DNA from: Amoebidium appalachense
Taxonomy: Eukaryota > Protista > Ichthyosporea
Direction: 5' to 3'
Assembly (NCBI GenBank): GCA_963693365.1
Contig: CAVNZM010000005.1
Span: 2,408,342-2,472,341 of the forward strand
DNA length: 64,000 nt
In this document: positions 1-13,200 of the stretch, one piece after another
How positions within the stretch are numbered: position 1 is the first letter of the stretch
Layout of the letters: each line of letters begins with the position of its first letter
Notes under the pieces: generated by a model
What the model saw: only the letters and a program-made list of their open reading frames with translations
The model's database searches: none
What the model was told of the DNA's origin: nothing
Translations under genes and position numbers: made by a program

Positions 1-32
1 ATCTCTGAGGCTATCAAGTCGACTTTAAAAGT

Positions 33-89
33 AAAACTCCATTCTGCTATTTTAACAGCTTAAAACTCCATTCTGCTATTTTAACAGCT
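33..89. repeat. 29-bp-period tandem duplication
   Basis: AAAACTCCATTCTGCTATTTTAACAGCT occurs at 33-60 and 62-89. Confidence 0.95.
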
Positions 90-256
90 AACAGCGGCAA
101 GGAAAGCATGAGGTTCTGGCTTTGCTCACTCATATGTTTGTACTGCCTTTAAAAAATGCCCGCCGCAGATATTAAAAAGGTCATATTCTATTTTACAAGG
201 CATGCATATATATATCCTTTTTTAAAAATACCCGCCTCAACATGTTGCTATATATC

Positions 257-454
257 GGGACCCATATTTGTCCATGCCTGCACCATGGCCTCCATGCTAA
301 ACGGGTGAGATGAGATGGGGTTTTCCGCATGCGACACAACGGGAACATAAGGGGCGGGACCCATATTTGTCTATGCCTGCATCATGGCCTCCATGCTAAA
401 CGGGTGAGATGAGATGGGGTTTTCCGCATGCGACACAACGGGAACATAAGGGGC
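257..454. repeat. 99-bp tandem duplication covering the end of the GATA CDS
   Basis: 257-355 and 356-454 are identical except for two C/T differences. Confidence 0.95.
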
Positions 455-2092
455 GTATTGGGCCTCATATGCGTATGTTCTGGTTGGGGTGGCCATCTCG
501 CTCCCAACCACTATTGTCGAACTTGCGGTGGAGTCGACAGACCGTCGCTGCATTGGCCACGTGTTTGTGTCGTTGTAGTGCTCGTAGGAATATGCCGGCT
601 GCTCGTAGAAGCTTCCAGCATACGATGGGGCATAGTGTTGGGTGGGTGTGGGTGCCTCTGTGGGGGCCAGGGTGGGGCTTGGTGTGGTGGTGGTGTGGCG
701 GGGAGACAGGGAGGCCACTGATGATGCGGGGCTGGGCTGGGAATGCAGCAGACACTGCATGCAGTGGCACACGGGACCATGACCTTTGCAGCCCGGGGGG
801 GAGGTCATCTGGGGGGGAGAAGGTGTGGATGAGTACTGATGTTGTAAGGTCTGGATGGCAGACTGTTGCACTTATAATTATTTGATGCACTGAAGTGTTT
901 CATAGGCCAAAACTAATTGTGGCCGAGGCTGCTTATGCTCACGCAGACAACTTGCATCCAACTAGACAAGCATACAGCCCTTGTCTTTTGCCTCTGAGGA
1001 TGCTAAGCAACATCTTTCGGCACACATACCTCTGCTGTGCGGGGGAGGCTCTCAAAATGCTGCATGGTATTGGGAAACGACGACCGCCTGTCGGGGCTGG
1101 GAGTGGGCATGCCAGTGTAGGTGGCGTCATCAAGGCGGGGGCTGCCGCCATCTTCTGGCTTGCGGTTGAACGTGAAGAGATGCGAAGGCCGTGACTTGCT
1201 GCAGGGGGAGGTATGGTCAGTTTAAATTTTGGGGTGACTGAAGCAGAATAAAAAAACTAAAGTCAACGGTAGGCACCATTGCCATCTTGCTAGGGTGCCT
1301 TTCCTGCTGTCCAAGAAAGAACACAACCTTAGAGCAAGATCTCCACATTAGCTTTGGCTTGGGTGCCACTACACGTTGCAGTTGTGATGGAAACCATAAA
1401 AGAATAGGCAGTAGAGGAACTAAGTACTTACTTATGAGCGCTCTCGAAGACGTAGCAGGCGTGGCAGATCCACACATTGGGGTCGGTGGCCAGCTTGCTG
1501 CGGTGACGGTTGTAGGGCCCCACCACGGCACAGTTGCCACACACACGCTCGGCACGCTTGGTCTGGTGGCAAACACGGGGTTAGCTGCGGCCTCAGAACT
1601 GTCTAGCCTCCATCTTCTGACCAATCGCTACCATCTATAGGCTTACAAACATGCATGTCATCCTTTGAGCCACAAACAAGCAAGCCTGATTCTCCTTCCA
1701 GCCATGCAAACTGACAATGCAGACCCACACCCCCAGGCCCAAAACCTACCCGCATGTACAGATGGGGAGGGCGCAGTCTTCCGTGGTTGTACTCGTACAC
1801 ACGGCACGTGTGGCAGCGCCAGCCCTCTGGTTGCAGTTTGCTGTACGCCCAGCAGCTGGACCTGACGTGGTGAAAAAATGAGAACTCCTTGCAAGATCTT
1901 TTCAAACGATTATGTTCTTACAGCATGCCACCAGGATGCAAAGGGATCGGAGCATCATGGGCAACCACAACACAGCAGCCAGCACCCGTCACATACGAGT
2001 ACTTACTTTGACGTGGAACAGTTCGAGCACACTCTATTCTTGGGCGCCGCCTTGCGGCCGCCGGGCTTCTTCATGATACGCAGATGCTCCAT
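371..2092 (-). CDS. Double GATA-type (C4) zinc-finger protein, putative transcription factor; 5 exons, 329 aa
   Basis: Exons 2092-2007, 1861-1750, 1562-1432, 1198-1030 and 862-371 have GT..AG ends, consistent phases and total 990 nt. Finger 1 is CSNC-x19-CHTC followed by YEYNHGRLRP; finger 2 is CGNC-x21-CHAC followed by YVFESAHNKSRP. Both resemble the GATA CxxC...CxxC-LYxxxHGxxRP pattern. The tail is S/P/T-rich. Stop TAG at 373-371. Confidence 0.85.
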
Positions 2093-2159
2093 CGCGTCTT
2101 AACGTAACTGCTTCGTGTAACGGTTGCAAGTGCACTTTCGCGCCAAGTGAAGCAGTGAA

Positions 2160-2435
2160 TAATGGGCGTGGCGGAACGAGACGTAACACAAAACCCCTCT
2201 ACCACTATCAAAAGCAAGTCCAAGGAATGTCCCTAGTAACGTAGCGACTTCACCAAAGCTGGCTCACAACTTGTGACCAGCTGACGGTGTGTTTGAGCTA
2301 TGTGTGGAATTCAACCGGCACACCCGCAACTGTGGCGGCCGGCATGCCCAGGGCGACGGTTTTGACTGCACACGGCAGCCCAGCCCCGGCCAGGAAAGCG
2401 AGGGCGGGAATGGCGGAGGCGCGTTGATTGGCTAT
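2160..2435 (-). promoter_or_regulatory. Probable proximal promoter of the GATA gene
   Basis: GC-box-like GGGCGTGGC (2164-2172) and GGGCGGG (~2402), and CCAAT box TGATTGGCT (~2425), all upstream of the ATG. Motif matches only. Confidence 0.35.
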
Positions 2436-4625
2436 GATAGCACCCTATCGGTAGATAGACGTTTCTGATTTGTGCACTAAAGATCTTTCCGGGTGCAGAG
2501 CGGCTTTGTTTTCATTGGTGCTCTGCACTAAACAACAGTTGATGCTTTCAATCGATATCGTGGGCGAGGAAGAAAGATGTAAGGTGTTGAAGAGCTCACG
2601 GTTATGTCGACCAAATGCGACATTAATTAATCATATCGCTGCTTATATGTAGTATATCCGGATGACCACTGACCGCATAAGACACAAAAATATGAGTGAA
2701 AGTGAGCCCCACGCCTCTTTCTTGGTCTAAATAGCTGGAATTTTTTAGTTGTGTATATCACAGTGTACAAAGCAAATAACTACTGGCTATAAGATACTAT
2801 CAATCGCGCGGGAGTCCAAATTTCCCGTCGTCGAGAGAATGGGAGCTTCCAGGCATGACCACAGAAGCCGTTATTCCCAAAGTTGATCAACGAAATCTAG
2901 TTTACACCTGACAGCAAATGACCATGTAGATGTGTTTCATCCTTCTTCGAATTCGGTTTCTGGTAGCCGGGAAAGGTTACAACTTAGAATCAGTTTTCAC
3001 TATGTATTTAGAAGTTGAGGGAGGCAGGTTTGCAAACGTTTGTTTGATGTAGTGGCGTTACCAGAAGCACTCCGGAATGCCTCCTGAGGATCTCCCAAAC
3101 CCCCTTCTGTAGTGTGAGGCATGGCGGACCTTTGGTAGTTCAAATCCAATGCAACTTTTGACTTGATTTTGCCTGATGAAGTTGCAAACGTTCCGTTACA
3201 GATCTGTACGATTGCACCTTGCCCTATCCGTAAAAAAGGCTGCAGTAAATGGTTACATTTCGGGTTTTTTCATATATAGGTAATGGACCAACTTTGAATT
3301 TCCCACTTACCTGGCCTGGGCAATGAAAATGATTACATTTTGAAAATTTTGACTTGTAGGTGGGTCATCAAGCCCCTCAGGAAAGATGTAGATATGGAGA
3401 TCCGAGCAGTATTGCTCAGCCAATCATAATACGCATCGCCGACTTTCATGTTAGCCAATCGGAAGTTCTCTAGTTCGAATGGTCATAATAGCCGAGATCG
3501 ACAAAAGTTTATTATCAATCAGAAGTTCAGAAACACAGTGGCTCACAACCGTGCTGAGAACCCAGGAACGTGTGTACGGCAGATAATAGATTTTGTCTTA
3601 AAGAAAAAGGAAAAGGTACATGGTAGCTACGAGTTATTGCATTATTGCCTACATACGGTTTACATTCACATATCATAACAGTATGATATGATAAAAACTT
3701 GAGCTCTCGAATCTCTAGATCTGAGGCTATTGGGCGAAAAGCGCCAATCAAAATCAAGGTCCATTGACAACCGATAAGATCCTCCGATTGGTGGCAATAA
3801 ATCCTTGGAATCCGTGCGATTGGTTCCTGTCTTGTCGAGATTTAGCCCAAAAGTCAACAGTGTCTCATCACGTGTTCTTCGTACACATTGTACACGCATG
3901 TACCGTACACGTGATTTGACAAGTGAACAGAGCATGCGTGTGCGCCGCGTTCGCTCGGAGGGTGCGCCATAATTGTACATTCTGTGTCCTGTACGAACAA
4001 TATGTGGCCTACCGGCGTGGGCCAAACTCGGAGGGGAACTCAAGCTCGCGAAATGCAAATTGGCAACACTTGCCGCATACATCATCATGACTCCGATAGT
4101 AATGTGTGTGTGGGGACGGACGTACGGCCTGCCTAGTTGGGCAAAAACAATAATAATAGTGACATAGGTATCTGTCCATCGGTACCGTGTTTGTTTGATA
4201 TTTATGACGATCATGCATGCAGAAGAACATTTGTGTGATCATCACAACGTGGATCCCTGTAGTATACATTAGGGCGTGTTTGGCAGCCGAAAATAATCGT
4301 ATTCGTGTCCTTTCGCGAAAAGACGAATAATCGTGTTCATAAAATTATTTGGTGGTATGCGTATTTAGGGGTAATGATACGATTATGGCGTACCAAACAC
4401 GCCTACAAAATATTTGACTCTTCGGTATATGCTATTTTTAGATCAGCGGGATTCGATTCCGGCTGTCGTCATCAATCGATTCCGGCGCAGCCAGCCGGAA
4501 CTGAATGCCGTGACTAGTACTAATGATGATCAGAGTCCACCACGGTGCGCGCTTGTACCTCCTGCATTCGTCGTATTACTATTATTATTGTTGTTGTCGT
4601 TGTTATTTACATAATCGTCTTATTG

Positions 4626-4626
<1 letters not shown>

Positions 4627-4668
<42 letters not shown>

Positions 4669-4704
4669 GTATACTATATATCATATATATATATATATAT
4701 GATA

Positions 4705-4766
<62 letters not shown>
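4627..4766. repeat. (TA)n microsatellite
   Basis: Near-perfect TA run, the only long one in a window dominated by CA/GT. Confidence 0.95.
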
Positions 4767-4769
<3 letters not shown>

Positions 4770-5221
4770 ATAATGTAAGTATGTATGATATACAGTAGAC
4801 GTATATTTGTGTGTGCGCGTGTGTATGCGTGGCTGTGCACATACGTACAGTGTGTGCATCCGTGATGCTGTTCAATGATAGACAGTCATATTGTACGTGT
4901 GCCAGACCCTGTACATTAGAAGTAATTGAGTAATCACCCCGCCTCCCCCCCCCCCCTTTCCCCACACCTTCCGGCAACCCGCCCTCCGTGTGACACTCGG
5001 GATCCACCCCCCCACCCCCCGGGCCCCTAGCTCCTCCTCTCAGCTCCCCCCCTCCCCCCCCCCCCCCCCCTGGGCCCCCCTCCCCCCCTTGCCTCCCCCC
5101 ACCCTCCCCCCCCCCCCCCCCCGTCCCACCTCCGCCGCAGCTGCCCAAAACCTTATCACCGCGCCGTGCCGCTCCATATTTAGAAGTGTGTACGTGTAGC
5201 TGACACACACACACACACACT

Positions 5222-5294
<73 letters not shown>

Positions 5295-5386
5295 GTGTAC
5301 ACACAGAATTCGATCGAAACACACACACACCGTAAACACACACGTGACAAACACACACACACACGCGCGCGCACGCGCGTACACAC

Positions 5387-5441
<55 letters not shown>

Positions 5442-6176
5442 CAGAGTGTGTGCCACTGTGTGTCTGTACGTGTGTGTGGGTGTGCGTGTGTGTTTCAGTT
5501 CCACTGTGTGTCTGTACGTGTGTGTGGGTGTGCGTGTGTGTTTCAGTTCGGAGTGTGTGTATGGTGTTTGTGTGTGTGTGTGTATGTACGTGTGTTTTCG
5601 GGGTGTACTACATAGTATGTTTGTGTGTGTGGGGGGGGGGGGGGGGGGGGGGTGCGTGTGTGTGTGTGTGTGTGTGTCACGGTGTGTGTCACCACTGCGT
5701 GTGTGCACGTGTGTGTGGCACGGTGTGCATGTGTGTTTGTGCGCACGTGCGCGCGTGTGTGTATATCACAGTGTGTGTTCAACACAGTGACCCGGTGCCA
5801 CGTGTGTGTGTGCGCGCGCGTGTGTTTGTGTGTCTGTCTGTGTGTGTGTGTATGTGTGTGTGTGTGTGTGTGTGCGGCACGGTGTGACGTGTATGTGTGT
5901 GTGTGTGTTTTTGTGTGTGTGTACATGCACGTGCACGTGTTGCTGATAACTACATTACAAAGGGCCAAGGGGGTGGGGGGGGGCTTCCAACACAGCCTAC
6001 TCGTTGCCTTGAATTTACTACCCGACCATGGTACCGGTGTGAAGGCTTTATACATAACATCCGGCTGTGTGTTCATGATCCGATAGGAACATACAGTGTG
6101 TTTGTTTGACAAATTGTGCTCCCTGTGGCCGGAACACTAAAAACGATTGCAAATCTATGTAAACACACGGTGTGGT

Positions 6177-6246
<70 letters not shown>

Positions 6247-6270
6247 TACACACACACACACACACTGAGT

Positions 6271-6355
<85 letters not shown>

Positions 6356-6382
6356 AAGTACACACACACACACACACTGAGT

Positions 6383-6469
<87 letters not shown>

Positions 6470-6737
6470 TACAGGGGCATACACATACGCGCACGCACGC
6501 AAACGTGTACAGCGCGCGTACGTGGTGACACACGCAAGCACGCAAACCGTGACGCATGTACGCACGCATGCATGCATGCACACACACAAACACACACACG
6601 CAGCGCGCACGAACACACACACAGACATACGCGTGCGGCGTGCACGCACGCGCACACACACGCACCGGAGTCCAGGCACACGCACGCACACACACACAAA
6701 CACACAAATATAATGGCACACGCACGGGGGGGGGGGG

Positions 6738-6882
<145 letters not shown>

Positions 6883-8099
6883 ACACACATGCACGACAAA
6901 TGCCATCATGGTGGCACCACTCGGCACAACAGTTGTTGGATAGGTGTAGGGCCTCGGGCCGCCCGGTGCTTTCAGTACAGATTCTATAGAGAGCATACGC
7001 CAAGCAGCGGCACCAGTCAGATCCTGAGCAGCACGTGGGAAACATCCGAAACTCTCACATTAATCTCAAGGCATGTCTATCGTTTCTGTATCCCAATGGC
7101 TTTTTTAGGTTCCGAATCGTGTAAAACGGAACACAAGGCTCCCCCCTAGATTCTCTGCTGCTGGCGTCAGACTCATGATCAGCGCCTGCCTGTCCGTGCC
7201 TGAGCGGCGGAGCTCCGAGCGCGTCCGTGCACGTGGGACCGCCACGGAGTACTACACTGAGTAGCCTACGCGCTTGCGTGCGCCGTGTTACACGCTGGGT
7301 GCGCGTGTGGATGTATACATGTACGTGGCGACTCAGGCTGACTCAGGCCTAGGCCTATTTGTAAAATTTCAGGCCTGTGCCGTTTGGCGGGTATGCATGC
7401 ATGGGTGACTGTTTGGGCACAATCAGCTGCAGTGTCACTGAGTTGCATGAAGGCTAACCTGTTTGTGTGTGTGTGTTTGTGCACATGTATGCGTGGTGCG
7501 TGCAACTTGCAGTGTACATGACGTGCGCGTGCTTGTGATGTGTATGTGAACGTTCATGCGTTATGCCACTCTCACTGTGTGACTGTTTACAGGTGTTTGT
7601 GCGTGTGTGTGTGCGTGCCAAAAGCTTCAGACTCGTAAGGCGTGCCCCCGCCAGGGGGCACGCAGAACCAAGAATTGGCTGGTATTATAAAATTATTTGG
7701 TAGGACTCTACACGTGTGGTCCCTTGCGAGTGCAAACATTATTGGCGGCCCAGCGCGGCATTTTCTGCAGAGGCCTTTATAGTTTGCAAATGTGTTACCT
7801 GGAGTGCGGTATCGCCCGTTTTTATGAGGTCTTTATAGTATTAGTTATTAGTTACAACATATGTATGATATGTACATACTCTGTGTGTTGCGGCGCTGGC
7901 TGCCGGCCGCCGCCGCCGGCTGTGCCAATCTGACATCAGCCGGAATCGAATCCAAAACGCCGCCCAGCGAAACGTTTCCGCTTCAACATCGGCACTCGAT
8001 ACGACAAAAGAATGCGAAATATCATATTTTGTACTATTTCATTGGTAGGCGGTCGACCAATCCTGAATTAGAATGGCTTGAAGCGATGCGATTGGCTAA

Positions 8100-8161
8100 A
8101 AGTTATATCGTGTTTTCGAAAATCACCTCCGGAGGTGATTTTCGAAAACACGATATAACTT
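8100..8161. repeat. 62-bp perfect spacerless palindrome in the Harbinger right subterminus
   Basis: AAGTTATATCGTGTTTTCGAAAATCACCTCC|GGAGGTGATTTTCGAAAACACGATATAACTT. Confidence 0.95.
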
Positions 8162-8437
8162 CGATGTCCCGATATAACTGCGCTGCCAAACACGCCCTTA
8201 TGATACGTACGTTGTAAGAATTCTCTTTAGGTCAGGCTGAGATCTGGCTGACGTAAACACATCCATCATCATTCGCATTCACAGGTGTATGTGCAATCTG
8301 GCAGCCACCAGAACTTTCTTGTAGGAAACACTTTTGAAAGCCGTTCCCATGTATGTGAAATAGTCCATCGATATCTCACAATAGCAGCAGTAGTGATTCG
8401 GTAGTCGACAACATATATGCACATAGCCACTAATACT

Positions 8438-8497
<60 letters not shown>

Positions 8498-8650
8498 ACC
8501 ACCACCACCACCACCACCACCGCCACCACCGCCACCACCACACACACACATGTACACACACACACACACAATAATTACTATTTGAAAAAGAGAAGAAGGA
8601 ACAGACTGGCAAGCAGTAGATCAGAAATGTGTACGGCACACTGTGTGGCA

Positions 8651-8685
<35 letters not shown>

Positions 8686-8757
8686 CGTGTGCGTGCGTGT
8701 ACACATGAATGTGTGCGCTCGTGTCTTTGCGTGTGCCTGCTAGTGCATATGCGTGTT

Positions 8758-8788
<31 letters not shown>

Positions 8789-8912
8789 GCGTGTGCGTGT
8801 GCGTGTGCGTGTGTTCGTGTGCGTTTCACTGATTGTGTGCATGATTGTGTGTGTGTTTGTGTGCGGTGTGTGTCGTGTGTGTGCGTGTGCGTGTGTGCGT
8901 GTGGTGTACATT

Positions 8913-8943
<31 letters not shown>

Positions 8944-8975
8944 GTGTGTGTGTATGTGTGTAGATGTGTGTGTGT

Positions 8976-9050
<75 letters not shown>

Positions 9051-9280
9051 CGTGTGTGTTTTGTGCCACACAACTTTAAGTGTGTGTGAAAGAGTTGGAG
9101 CGAGAACTCGATCCACCGAAGGAATAAGATGTTGAAATCCAGCACACAAAACAATTTGGGGATCAAGGTATAACCCATGGGAGCTAATATGATATGAGTG
9201 TCACAGAGCATGAGAGAGGGAGATAGAAAGAGCGAAACACACACACACACACACACAAACACGTCACACACACACACACG

Positions 9281-9339
<59 letters not shown>

Positions 9340-9364
9340 GTCACACACGCACACACGCACACAT

Positions 9365-9398
<34 letters not shown>

Positions 9399-9425
9399 CG
9401 TCACACACGCGCACACACACACATA

Positions 9426-9466
<41 letters not shown>

Positions 9467-9473
9467 CCAGAGG

Positions 9474-9524
<51 letters not shown>

Positions 9525-9584
9525 CCCCCCTCTCTCCGGATTTCCCCCCCCCCCCCCCCCCCCCCCCTCTCTCTCTCTCTCTCT

Positions 9585-10198
9585 CTGGCAGCCACGTAAC
9601 ACAACACTCCCCCCCACCCACCCCAAAATGCAAAAACACCGCCACACCATACTTAGAAAGAAAGGCACATCACCACCAAAACCAAAAACCCACACACACA
9701 TCCCCCCCCACACCCACCCGGCCAGCCTGCCCGGACTGCCGGCATACACACAGACCCACAGTGCCCTGCAAACCACACCTTTTGACCCTCTTTTAGTTCA
9801 CAATAGCACGGCCACAAAGACTGTACAACAACATATACTGTTAGGAAGCAACCCCCCACCACCACCATCACCCCACCACATCATACACCCCTACCCCCCG
9901 TAAACAGAACACACAACACACCGGACTTTCCACTACTGTACATCGACCAATGAGAGCCCGTGGTTAACGTCTATTCATTAATTTCTTAGGATTTGCAATT
10001 GATTGAGAGGGAGGACTGGTGCCTCCTGCCAGCGTGGCTGGGGTAGTAACCCTGGGCAAAGTGTATCATAGCTTATAGTTAGATATTTGAATGATGGTTT
10101 AGCTTAGCTGAAAACATAGCTAACACCCTAACTAGTGTGCTGTCGGTGCTGTGTGGTAGACGGTAGTTTCCCTAGAGGCCCTGCAAAACAAAACTTTG

Positions 10199-10199
<1 letters not shown>
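9585..10199 (+). mobile_element. Diverged, heavily 5'-truncated non-LTR retrotransposon copy (copy 1)
   Basis: Colinear with 16940-17530. It keeps CPDCRHTHRPTVPC, ...LGSNPPPPP..IIHPYPP* (stop 9903) and the 3' UTR. It lies between (CT)n and (CA)n. Confidence 0.9.
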
Positions 10200-10279
<80 letters not shown>

Positions 10280-10281
<2 letters not shown>

Positions 10282-13200
10282 TTGCAGCCCCACCCAGCAG
10301 CACCAACCCACACCCACTTTGCTGCATCGGCCTGCCGCTGCCCCAGCAGGCAGCCCCGGCCGGCAGGACCAGCATGGGCCACCCAGTCGCCAGCACCAAC
10401 AGGAGCCACCAAGCCAGCAACAGCAGCCTCAGGCTGCAGCCCCCGCCAGCAGCCCCCAACAGGAGCCATCCAGCCTGAAGGCCCTGCATGGGCCACCCAG
10501 CCAGCAGCAACCGATCACATCTACACTGCAGCAGCTGCCTGCAGCAGCAGATTGCAGCCCCGGCCGGCCGGCCCAGCACGGGCCACCCAGCCGACAGTAC
10601 CAACAGGAGCCACCAAGCCAGCAGCAGCCGCCGCAGGCTGTAGCCCCAGCAGGCAGCCCTCACCGGCAGCCACAGCAGGGGCCACCCAGCCTGCAGGCCC
10701 TGCCAGGGCCACCCAGCCAGCAACAACCGACCACACCTACACTGCAGCAGCTGCCTGCAGCGGCGGCGTGCAGCCCCGGCCGGCAGGCCCAGCACGGGCC
10801 ACCCAGCCGACAGCACAAACAGGAGCCACCCCGCCAGCAACAGCAGCCTCAGGCTGCAGACCCAGCAGGCAGCCCACACCTGCAGCCACAGCAGGGGCCA
10901 CCCAGCCTGCAGGCCCTGCCAGAACAACCCAGCCAGCAGCAACCGACCACACCCACACGGCAGCAGCAGCAGGTAGCAGACTGCAACCCCAGCCGGCAGG
11001 CCCAGGACGGGCCATCCAGCCGACAGCACCGACAGGAGCCGCCAAACCAGCAGCAGCAGCCTCAGGCGGCAGCCCCAGCAGGCAGCCCATACCGGCAGCC
11101 TCAGCAGGGGCCACCCAGCCTGCAGGCCCTGCCAGGGCCACCTGGCCGGCAGCAACCGACCACACCCACACTGCAGCAGCTGCCTGCAGAAGCGGAGGGT
11201 AACCCCGGCCGGCAGGCCCAGCACGGGTCACCCAGCCGACAGCACCAGCAGGAGGCACCCAGCTGGCAGCAGCAGATTCAGGCTGTAGTCCCAACAAGCA
11301 GCCCACAACGGCAGCCACAGCAGGGGCCACCCAGCCTGCAGGCCCTGCCAGGGCCACCCAACCAGCAACAACCGACCACACCCACACTGCAGCAGCCGCC
11401 TGCAGCAGCGACGGGCAGCTCCGGCCGGCAGGCCCAGCACGGGCCACCCAGCCGACAGCACCAACAGGAGCCACCCAGTCAGCAGCAGCAGCCTCAGGCT
11501 GCAGCCTCACCGGGCAGCCCACACCGGCAGCCACAGCAGGGGCCACCCAGCCTGCAGGCCCTGCCAGGGTCACCCAGCCAGCAGCAAACGACCACACCCA
11601 CACTGCAGTGGCTGCCTGCAGCAGCAGATTGCAGCCCCGGCCGGCCGGCCCAGCGCGGGCCACCCAGCCGACGGCACAAACAGGAGCCACCAAGCGAGCA
11701 GCAGCAGCCACAGGCTGCAGCCCCAGCAGGCAGCCCACACCGGCAGTCACAGCAGGGGCCACCCAGCCTGCAGGCCCCGCCAAGGCCACCCAGCCAGCAG
11801 CAACCGACCACACCCCCACTGCACCAGCTGCCTGCGGCAGCAGATCGCAGCCCCGGCCGGCCGGCCCAGCACGGGCCACCCAGCCGACAGCACGAACAGG
11901 AGCCTCCAAGCCAGCAGCAGCAGCCTCAGGCTGCAGCCCCAGCAGGCAGCCCACACCGGCAGCCACAGCAGGGGCCACCCAGCCAGCAGCAACCGACCCC
12001 ACCCACACTGCAGCAGCTGCCTGCAGCAGCAGTGTGCAGCCCCGGCCGGCCGGCCCAGCACGGCCCCCCCAGCCGACAGTACCAACAGGAGCCACCAAGC
12101 CAGCAGCAGCAGCCTCAGGCTGCAGCCCTAGCAGGCAGCCCACACCGGCAGCCACAGCAGGGGCCGCCCAGCCTGCAGGCCCTGCATGGGCTACCCGGCC
12201 AGCAGCAACAAATCACACCCACACTGCAGCAGCTGCATGCAGCAGCAGATTGCAGCCCCGGCCGGCAGGCCCAGCACGGGCCACCCAGCCGACAGCACCA
12301 ACAGGAGCAACCAAGCCAGCAGCAGCAGCCGCAGGCTGAAGCCCAAGCAGGCAGCCCACACCGGCAGCCAAAGCAGGGGCCACCCCGCCTGCAGACCCTG
12401 CCAGGGCCACCCACGGGCAACCAACAGCTACAGACAACACCCACGCAGCCGCAACGGCCCACAGCGGCAGAGTGCAACCCTGGCCAGCAGGCACGGCACG
12501 GGTCACCCACCCTGCAGCAGCACCCCACCCCCCCAGCAGCCCACCTGTCTCAGACAGGGAGGCAGTGGGAGGAGTGGGAGGCAACCATGCGGGAGCAACT
12601 ACAACTATACAGGTCCCAACTCCGAAGGAAACGGCAAAAACTCCTTTGGCTACGGGCAACAGCAGCAGCAGAAGCACGGTGCAAGCGTATGGTGGACGAA
12701 CTCCGGCGAGCACTAAGCAGCATTTTAGACCGGGGGAGTGTGAACGTCTCGGCTACGTTAGTCAAGCACGTCACCCCAACGGGCACTGAGTACTTCACGG
12801 AGTGGGCTGACACGGAGCCCGTCATTCGTGAAACTTATCACCGGTGGACGGCCCGCAGGAACCCACACATCGAGGAGATGCTCGCCGACCCAATGTGGGC
12901 CGACATCTATCGACCGATCCCCCCCGAAGACTCCCCATTAGGGTCTATAATGCACCCGGCCACCCACGCCGAGCTCCAACAGATCGTCCAAAGCCGACAG
13001 GGGGGGAAGGCCCCCGGCCCAACGGAAATCCAGTACGAATACTTCCAACACCTGGGGCCAAAGGGGCTAGCATGGCTCCTACATATCATCAACGGATGTC
13101 TGGCCACGGGGACCACACCGAGGTCATGGCTGCACCACACCATCCATCCCCTACCGAAAGGGGAATGGGAAGGTGACTTCGACAAAACCCGACCGATAGC

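Noticed and set aside
3305-3315. U1 snRNA 5' end (ACTTACCTGG)
   Set aside because: The downstream sequence does not resemble U1. It is better read as a minus-strand splice donor.
10334-12510. CRISPR array, or alternative-frame and antisense genes in the repeat
   Set aside because: The units are contiguous with no unique spacers. Other frames stay open because of base composition.
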